This document shows, one piece after another, positions 58,530-64,000 of a stretch of 64,000 nt of DNA (within the stretch, counting starts at the first letter, position 1; every line of letters starts with the position of its first letter). Made by a program: the position numbers and the translations under genes. The notes beneath the pieces are model-generated. The model had not been told where the DNA came from, ran no database searches, and saw only the letters and a list, made by a program, of their open reading frames with translations. Origin of the DNA: an uncultured Candidatus Saccharibacteria bacterium (GTDB taxonomy: Bacteria; Patescibacteriota; Doudnabacteria; UBA920); the NCBI GenBank assembly GCA_964434195.1, contig CAYSUI010000002.1, forward strand, positions 2,562 to 66,561, given 5' to 3'.

Positions 58530-59786
58530 ATGCTTTCCTATGAGTCGATTTCATTTTCTGTAAGTGACTACCTAGATTTCATAAATTTAGCACTTAAACC
58601 AACCGAAAGGGTTACTGTAATAGGGGAAGTGTCGTCTTTAAAAAACCATCAAACAGGAGTGTACTTAAGCATCAAAGACCCTAACCAGGAAGCATTATTA
58701 GATGTTTATATAGACCCTTACACATACAAAAAGATACAACTTCCATTAGATGAAGGTATGTTAATAAAGCTACACGGTGTAGCTAAAATTTTTAAACGGC
58801 GAGGCTCGTTTAGATTTCATGCAACTAATATAGAACTAGCTGGTGAAGGTAGCTTAAAGAAAGCTTACGAACTTTTGAAATCAAAATTAACTTCTGAAGC
58901 ACTTTTCGAAAGAAAAAGGAACTTACCTGAACTCATTGAAAATATTGTAGTTATAACATCCAGCTCAGGTGCTGTTTTAGCTGACTTTAAAAATAACCTG
59001 ATCCCACAAGGAATCAAGGTTACCGTACTAGACACCAGAGTCGAGGGAAGAGACTCTAAGTCCCAGATTCTTGATGCCCTAAAATACGTAAACAATCATG
59101 CAAATAATTACGATGCATGCGTGCTAATAAGAGGAGGAGGAAGCCTAGAGGACTTACAGGTATTTAATACCGAAGAAGTCACCCGAGCAGTCTATAACAA
59201 CCAGATACCAGTAATAGCCGGTATAGGTCATGACAAAGATGTGCCACTGGCCTGTTTATCGGCGGATTACTCCTGCTCTACACCTACTGCTACAGCATTG
59301 TTGTTAAATGAAAATAGAGTAAAAATCGAAAGAACTATTTTGCAAACCTACCAAAAAATTCAAGAAAAAATAGAAAAAAGAATTGAGCTTACAAATTACA
59401 GAATCTGGGAATCAGAAAAAAACATTTTTAAATTAGAAAACAACCTTCGAAGAACTGTAGAAAAAATATCACAAAAACTCAATTTTTATATAAACAGTCT
59501 CGAATACAAACTACAAAAAACATTTTCTTCTATAAACCTACTTTGCTTACAAATTAATCGTTCTATTACTGATTCTGTAAAAGAAAGAAATAACAAAATT
59601 AATTCTATCTCTACCTTAATAGATTCATATAATCCTGAAAAAATGCTAAAGAGAGGTTATGCCTTAGCATATTCAAAAAATGGTAAAATTATTAAAAGTT
59701 CTAATCAGCTAGATATTGGGGAAAAGTTAACACTGAAATTTAAACAAGGAACTGCAAAAGTTAACGTAGAAAGTACTCAAATATGA
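58530..59786 (+). CDS. xseA: Exodeoxyribonuclease VII large subunit
   Basis: ITSSSGAV..D, RGGGSLEDL..FN, GIGHDKD, STPTA, LKRGYA. Confidence 0.95.
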   Translation: MLSYESISFSVSDYLDFINLALKPTERVTVIGEVSSLKNHQTGVYLSIKDPNQEALLDVYIDPYTYKKIQLPLDEGMLIKLHGVAKIFKRRGSFRFHATNIELAGEGSLKKAYELLKSKLTSEALFERKRNLPELIENIVVITSSSGAVLADFKNNLIPQGIKVTVLDTRVEGRDSKSQILDALKYVNNHANNYDACVLIRGGGSLEDLQVFNTEEVTRAVYNNQIPVIAGIGHDKDVPLACLSADYSCSTPTATALLLNENRVKIERTILQTYQKIQEKIEKRIELTNYRIWESEKNIFKLENNLRRTVEKISQKLNFYINSLEYKLQKTFSSINLLCLQINRSITDSVKERNNKINSISTLIDSYNPEKMLKRGYALAYSKNGKIIKSSNQLDIGEKLTLKFKQGTAKVNVESTQI

Positions 59787-60004
59787 AATCAAATAAAGAA
59801 AACGCTAAATTAACAGACAAACTTTCAGAACTTCAAAAAATCAGCGAATGGTTTGAATCCTCAGAAGACCTAGATCTAGAGGAAGGTTTAAATAAAGCAA
59901 AACTAGCTGCGGAGTTAATTAAAGAAGCCAAATCACGTCTCAAAAAAATTGAAAATGAATTCAAGGTTATCAAAGATCACCTAAGTGACGACGAAATAGA
60001 GTAA
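59783..60004 (+). CDS. xseB: Exodeoxyribonuclease VII small subunit
   Basis: 73-aa helical protein with LDLEEGL, overlapping the xseA stop. Confidence 0.88.
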   Translation: MKSNKENAKLTDKLSELQKISEWFESSEDLDLEEGLNKAKLAAELIKEAKSRLKKIENEFKVIKDHLSDDEIE

Positions 60005-60049
60005 TTTTTAGTACTATCCACAAAGAGGTGTTATAATTTATTTGAAGAA

Positions 60050-60427
60050 ATGAGTGCTCTTACTTCAAAAACCTATCTCATTCAAATCATCACCGGGACA
60101 CTTGTGTCTTTGGTATCATTTGTTTCTATAATCTTATACACCGATCCATACACTGCGAGCCTAACCACACATTTATCGTTTTACTCAACTTTATTCTTTT
60201 GGACATCCGGCGTATTTATATTAATAGGTATATTTCTAAGAAAAATACTCAAACTAGATCAAGCAGGGCAATCCATATGGGTAAGCTTTAGACAGGGACT
60301 CCTTCTGGGAGTACTAGTAGCCTGCTCTCTAATGCTACAATCTCAATTTTTGTTGTATTGGTGGGTAATTATAAGTTTAGTGTTGTTTCTAGCAGTAGTA
60401 GAAATGATATTCGTCTCATCAAATTAA
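60050..60427 (+). CDS. Four-TM hypothetical membrane protein
   Basis: Hydrophobic segments, SFRQG motif; TGTTATAAT upstream. Confidence 0.7.
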   Translation: MSALTSKTYLIQIITGTLVSLVSFVSIILYTDPYTASLTTHLSFYSTLFFWTSGVFILIGIFLRKILKLDQAGQSIWVSFRQGLLLGVLVACSLMLQSQFLLYWWVIISLVLFLAVVEMIFVSSN

Positions 60428-60456
60428 AAACTGAAATTTTCAAAAATTCTTCTAAC

Positions 60457-61908
60457 ATGACCCAAGAGTCAAAAGAAAGCCAAGCAGTAAATTCTAATGT
60501 AACTCCTATTGTTACTAAAAACATATTTTTTAATGTCCCTTCAAAAAACAGACTAGCTGGACCTAGAACAAACCCAGAAATTACAAATAAGGAAAACACC
60601 ATCGAAAACGACCAAGAAAGTCACAATTTTAGTAATTTTTTTAAAAAAAATCGTACCTTACTGATTGCTGCTTTTATATCAATAGTTGTATTTTCTATTG
60701 CGGGTTATTTCGTTTATAAATATATTTTGGAAACCCCACCTGAAGCAGAAATTCCTGTTTCTGTCCTAACCCCTAAACCAAAACCAACAAATTCGGACCA
60801 ACCCACAACCCCCAAAAGCGAAATTACTTCATTATGGCTTCAAAAATATTTTAAATTTTCAGAATGTAAGGAAGAACAGCTTTGTGGGGATAAATCCGAC
60901 CCTGACCACGATGGTTTAACTAATGTAGATGAATTTAAACTAGGTACCGACCCCAACAACCCCGACAGTGATAGCGAAGGAGTAGCGGACGGAGACGAAG
61001 TGAATATTTTTGGCACAAGCCCACTACAAATAAGCACCACTGGCAGCAGTAAGTATAGCGATGCAGATGACGCAAAATCCGGTTATGACAGCAAGACTCC
61101 AGGTAAAAAATTTACACCTCAAAGAATCTCAGAAATTTCGTCAAAAATAAAACAATTTGGGGTTCATCAACCCACAATTACTACCTTAGGTGACTCTCTA
61201 ATAAATATTTATGGTTTTACTTCAGACTCAGCACAACCTTTACCAACCCCTTCCCAAACAAACCCAAATCTACCTGCTGGCCTAGATACTACACCCGAGG
61301 CTCTTCTGGACCGCGATACCCAGAGAAGCTCAACGATGAAAAAACTGGGAGTATCTTTAGTAAAATACAAAAATGATGTAGGGAGTTATCCTATCACTGA
61401 AAGCTTCACTGAAATGACCAGCAAAATAAAACCTTACAATCTTGTTGCTACCAGTAGCCAAGATCCCATAAACAAAGAGCCTTATATCTACACTTACAAC
61501 TCTCAAGATGGTAAAAACTTCTATTTAACCTACTACAGCGAAACCCAAAAAACCCTAATAAAATATCTTTCCACGACCGCTGAAAAAGATTACCTTACAG
61601 AAGACTCTGGTTTAAGAGATGAACAAAGAATGCAGGATCTGGAGAGCCTTAGGACAGCACTTATCACATACTCAACGACAAAAATTGCTGGCAACCAAAG
61701 CTACGTATTCCCTCCTGTATCCAAATATAAAACCGAATTGGTTCCTAAATTCCTATCCCAAATACCAAAAGACCCAAAAACTCAATCGGATTACGAATAC
61801 CAGGTAGGAACAAATTTCGACTCATTCACTATAAAAGCCGTTTTAGAGAGTCCATCACAAGGAACAACCGGCTATCTCTGCAATCAAGAAGAGTGTAGAA
61901 AATACTGA
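60457..61908 (+). CDS. Membrane-anchored protein with DxDxDG repeats and two pseudopilin-like domains (start probably ATG 60457)
   Basis: Internal TM; DPDHDGLTN, DSDSEGVAD; RDTQR...YP...DP and RDEQRMQDL...IPKDP. Confidence 0.7.
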   Translation: MTQESKESQAVNSNVTPIVTKNIFFNVPSKNRLAGPRTNPEITNKENTIENDQESHNFSNFFKKNRTLLIAAFISIVVFSIAGYFVYKYILETPPEAEIPVSVLTPKPKPTNSDQPTTPKSEITSLWLQKYFKFSECKEEQLCGDKSDPDHDGLTNVDEFKLGTDPNNPDSDSEGVADGDEVNIFGTSPLQISTTGSSKYSDADDAKSGYDSKTPGKKFTPQRISEISSKIKQFGVHQPTITTLGDSLINIYGFTSDSAQPLPTPSQTNPNLPAGLDTTPEALLDRDTQRSSTMKKLGVSLVKYKNDVGSYPITESFTEMTSKIKPYNLVATSSQDPINKEPYIYTYNSQDGKNFYLTYYSETQKTLIKYLSTTAEKDYLTEDSGLRDEQRMQDLESLRTALITYSTTKIAGNQSYVFPPVSKYKTELVPKFLSQIPKDPKTQSDYEYQVGTNFDSFTIKAVLESPSQGTTGYLCNQEECRKY

Positions 61909-61943
61909 AAAAAAGCCTATTTGTACTTACAAATAGGCTTTTT
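61908..61943 (+). terminator. Intrinsic terminator
   Basis: AAAAAAGCCTATTTGTA/TACAAATAGGCTTTTT. Confidence 0.8.
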
Positions 61944-61978
61944 TATGATAACATTAGCTATATTCAAATGATTTTAAT

Positions 61979-63502
61979 ATGGAACAAAAATATAGCGAAA
62001 TCTACGCAGCTAAAGTAATCAAAGTCGAAAAACATCCAAATGCAGACAAACTAAGAATTATCACCTTATCCTTAGGAGATAGGGAAATCTACCCAGTAGT
62101 CTGCGGCGCTTGGAATTTTGACGAAGGGGCAATTGTTGTACTAGCTTTGCCAGGCGCACACATACCACAAAATATTCATTCTGAAACTCATGAATCTTTT
62201 ACATTAGAAAAGGCTACTATCAGGGGTATTGAAAGCCAAGGTATGATTTGTGCAGCTTTCGAATTAGGACTAGGTGAAGACGAAGGACCCAAAATACTTA
62301 TTTTAAAAAACGACACCAAACCAGGTGAGCCTTTCTCCCCAGAAATGATTAACAATCATACTAAGAATAAAATCACCATTCTTTCTAACGAGGCAGTTAA
62401 ATTAGAAAAGGCTTTAGAAAACAAGACAGACGCAGAAAACCTTCGTATAAAGAGATACCTAAACATGCCCGATCTATCAAGAAAAAATGGTAGCCCTTTA
62501 AAAGAGATGGCTGATAGAATTGTAAATTTACCAGATTTTGAAAGTTTCGATATCATCCAAATTCCTGAAATTGTTCCAGCCAGTATCAGCTTTGACCTCT
62601 TCGATTTCGCCCCAGACCATCCAGCCCGTTCCAAATCTGATACTTATTATGTCGACGAGTCAAACATTCTACGTACTCACACCACAGTTATGTGGTATTA
62701 CTACCTAGCTCAGGAAGAAATAAAAAAACGAATTGCTAACAACCAGGCAGTTGGCTCACTTTGCTTTGGTAAAGTTTACAGAAAAGACGAAATAGACAGA
62801 AGGCATATGAATATCTTCCATCAAATGGACGGTTGGTATTTAGTTCCAAAATCAGAAAAAATTATAACCGAGGAAGATCTAAAATCTGTACTCTCAAGTA
62901 TTGCCAAAGCTGTATTCGGAAAGAAAGTTAATTTCAGATTTAACAAGGATACCTTCCCATATACTGACCCAAGCTTAGAAATGGAAATTGAAATGAACGG
63001 AAACTGGATTGAAGTACTTGGGAGTGGAGTTGTAAAAGGGAGTGTATTAAAGAAACTAGGAGTTGATCCTGAAATTTATAACGGTTGGGCATTCGGATTT
63101 GGCCTAGAGAGACTCGCTATCCTTAGCATGGAATTGCCAGATATCAGGTTGCTTTGGTCAGAAGATCCAAGAGTCTTAAAACAGTTGCATTTGGGACAAA
63201 AATTCGTTGAAGTAAGCAAATACCCTCCAATTACTCGGGACATATCATTTATAGTAAATAACGATTTCATCCCAAATAATTATTTCGATCTAATTAGAGA
63301 CATAGGGGGTGATCTTATTGAAGAAGTAGAACTCCTAGATAAATACGAAAACCCGACCAAATTCGGCGAGGGAAAAGTTAGCTACACCTATAGAGTTGTT
63401 TATAGAAGACCAGACAGGACTTTAAGAACTGAAGAAGTAGAGCCCTTACAAGCCAAGCTTTACGAACAAACCAAAGAACAATTTAACGCAGATTTAAGAT
63501 AA
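61979..63502 (+). CDS. Single-chain phenylalanine--tRNA ligase (OB domain + catalytic domain + FDX-ACB)
   Basis: HPNADKL...VVCGA...IRGIESQGMIC; DHPARSKSDTYY, YRKDEID..H..IFHQ, FGFGLERLA; SKYPPITRDISF...YR..DRTL. Confidence 0.9.
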   Translation: MEQKYSEIYAAKVIKVEKHPNADKLRIITLSLGDREIYPVVCGAWNFDEGAIVVLALPGAHIPQNIHSETHESFTLEKATIRGIESQGMICAAFELGLGEDEGPKILILKNDTKPGEPFSPEMINNHTKNKITILSNEAVKLEKALENKTDAENLRIKRYLNMPDLSRKNGSPLKEMADRIVNLPDFESFDIIQIPEIVPASISFDLFDFAPDHPARSKSDTYYVDESNILRTHTTVMWYYYLAQEEIKKRIANNQAVGSLCFGKVYRKDEIDRRHMNIFHQMDGWYLVPKSEKIITEEDLKSVLSSIAKAVFGKKVNFRFNKDTFPYTDPSLEMEIEMNGNWIEVLGSGVVKGSVLKKLGVDPEIYNGWAFGFGLERLAILSMELPDIRLLWSEDPRVLKQLHLGQKFVEVSKYPPITRDISFIVNNDFIPNNYFDLIRDIGGDLIEEVELLDKYENPTKFGEGKVSYTYRVVYRRPDRTLRTEEVEPLQAKLYEQTKEQFNADLR

Positions 63503-63660
63503 AAATCCCTTGCTAATAGGCTTCTATTTTTAAGGGAAAAATGCTATAATTTCAGTAAGATTTTAAATTATAGCAGCATTTGAATAAAGAATAGAGAATA
63601 AAAATCCTTCGAGGTTATCTTTATTCGTTATTCTTTATTCTTCATTCACACTTCTCAACT

Positions 63661-64000
63661 ATGGGTAAAGAAAAAGATACAAAAAATACATATTCAGCAG
63701 AAAACATTACCGTTTTAGAAGGCTTAGAACCAGTACGCAAAAGACCAGGAATGTACATCGGAACCACCTCTGAAACAGGTCTTCATCACTTAATATGGGA
63801 AATCGTAGACAACGCTGTCGACGAAGCCATGGCAGGCCACGCTAGTCTTATTAAAGTTGCTATTCAAAAAGATGGTGGGGTTAGAGTAGAAGATAATGGA
63901 AGAGGTATTCCTGTAGATGTGCATAAAACCACAAAGAAATCTGCTCTAGAAACGGTTCTTACCGTACTTCACGCAGGTGGTAAATTCGGTGGAGATGCTT
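63661..64000 (+). CDS. gyrB: DNA gyrase subunit B, 5' part (truncated by the window end)
   Basis: [50 protein letters not shown]; parE not strictly excluded. Confidence 0.9.
   Translation, partial: MGKEKDTKNTYSAENITVLEGLEPVRKRPGMYIGTTSETGLHHLIWEIVDNAVDEAMAGHASLIKVAIQKDGGVRVEDNGRGIPVDVHKTTKKSALETVLTVLHAGGKFGGDA

Overview
AT-rich bacterial chromosome segment with nearly all genes on the + strand and TGA used as stop (code 11). Gene content (DUF4012 protein, VirD4/TraD-like ATPase pair, sigma-r4/HARE-HTH protein, pseudopilin-domain proteins, no central-metabolism genes) suggests Patescibacteria (CPR); this is inference. The core genes are two GT4 glycosyltransferases, cell-wall genes (murG, murC-like, murB, dacA-like, mraY, murD, ftsW, murJ, an L,D-transpeptidase), secA, secDF, an M1 aminopeptidase, lepA, a complete F1Fo ATP synthase operon, a rmuC-NYN-PIN-helicase/nuclease-xseAB cluster, a single-chain PheRS and the 5' end of gyrB. 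There are five tRNA genes in two clusters, each next to accessory genes. Most notable: (1) a 23-aa Lys/Ala/Pro histone-H1-like peptide gene, missed by the ORF track, with its own promoter, structured leader and terminator; (2) GC-rich structured elements joined to tRNA sequence at both tRNA clusters; (3) a mitochondrial-type monomeric PheRS with an extra N-terminal OB domain; (4) a symmetric CIRCE variant at hsp20; (5) two solo TIR-like genes apparently lacking the catalytic Glu; (6) a Ham1 enzyme with altered base-binding motifs; (7) several probably leaderless genes. No CRISPR array, rRNA, integrase or transposase was seen. All calls come from reading motifs by eye; no database searches were run.
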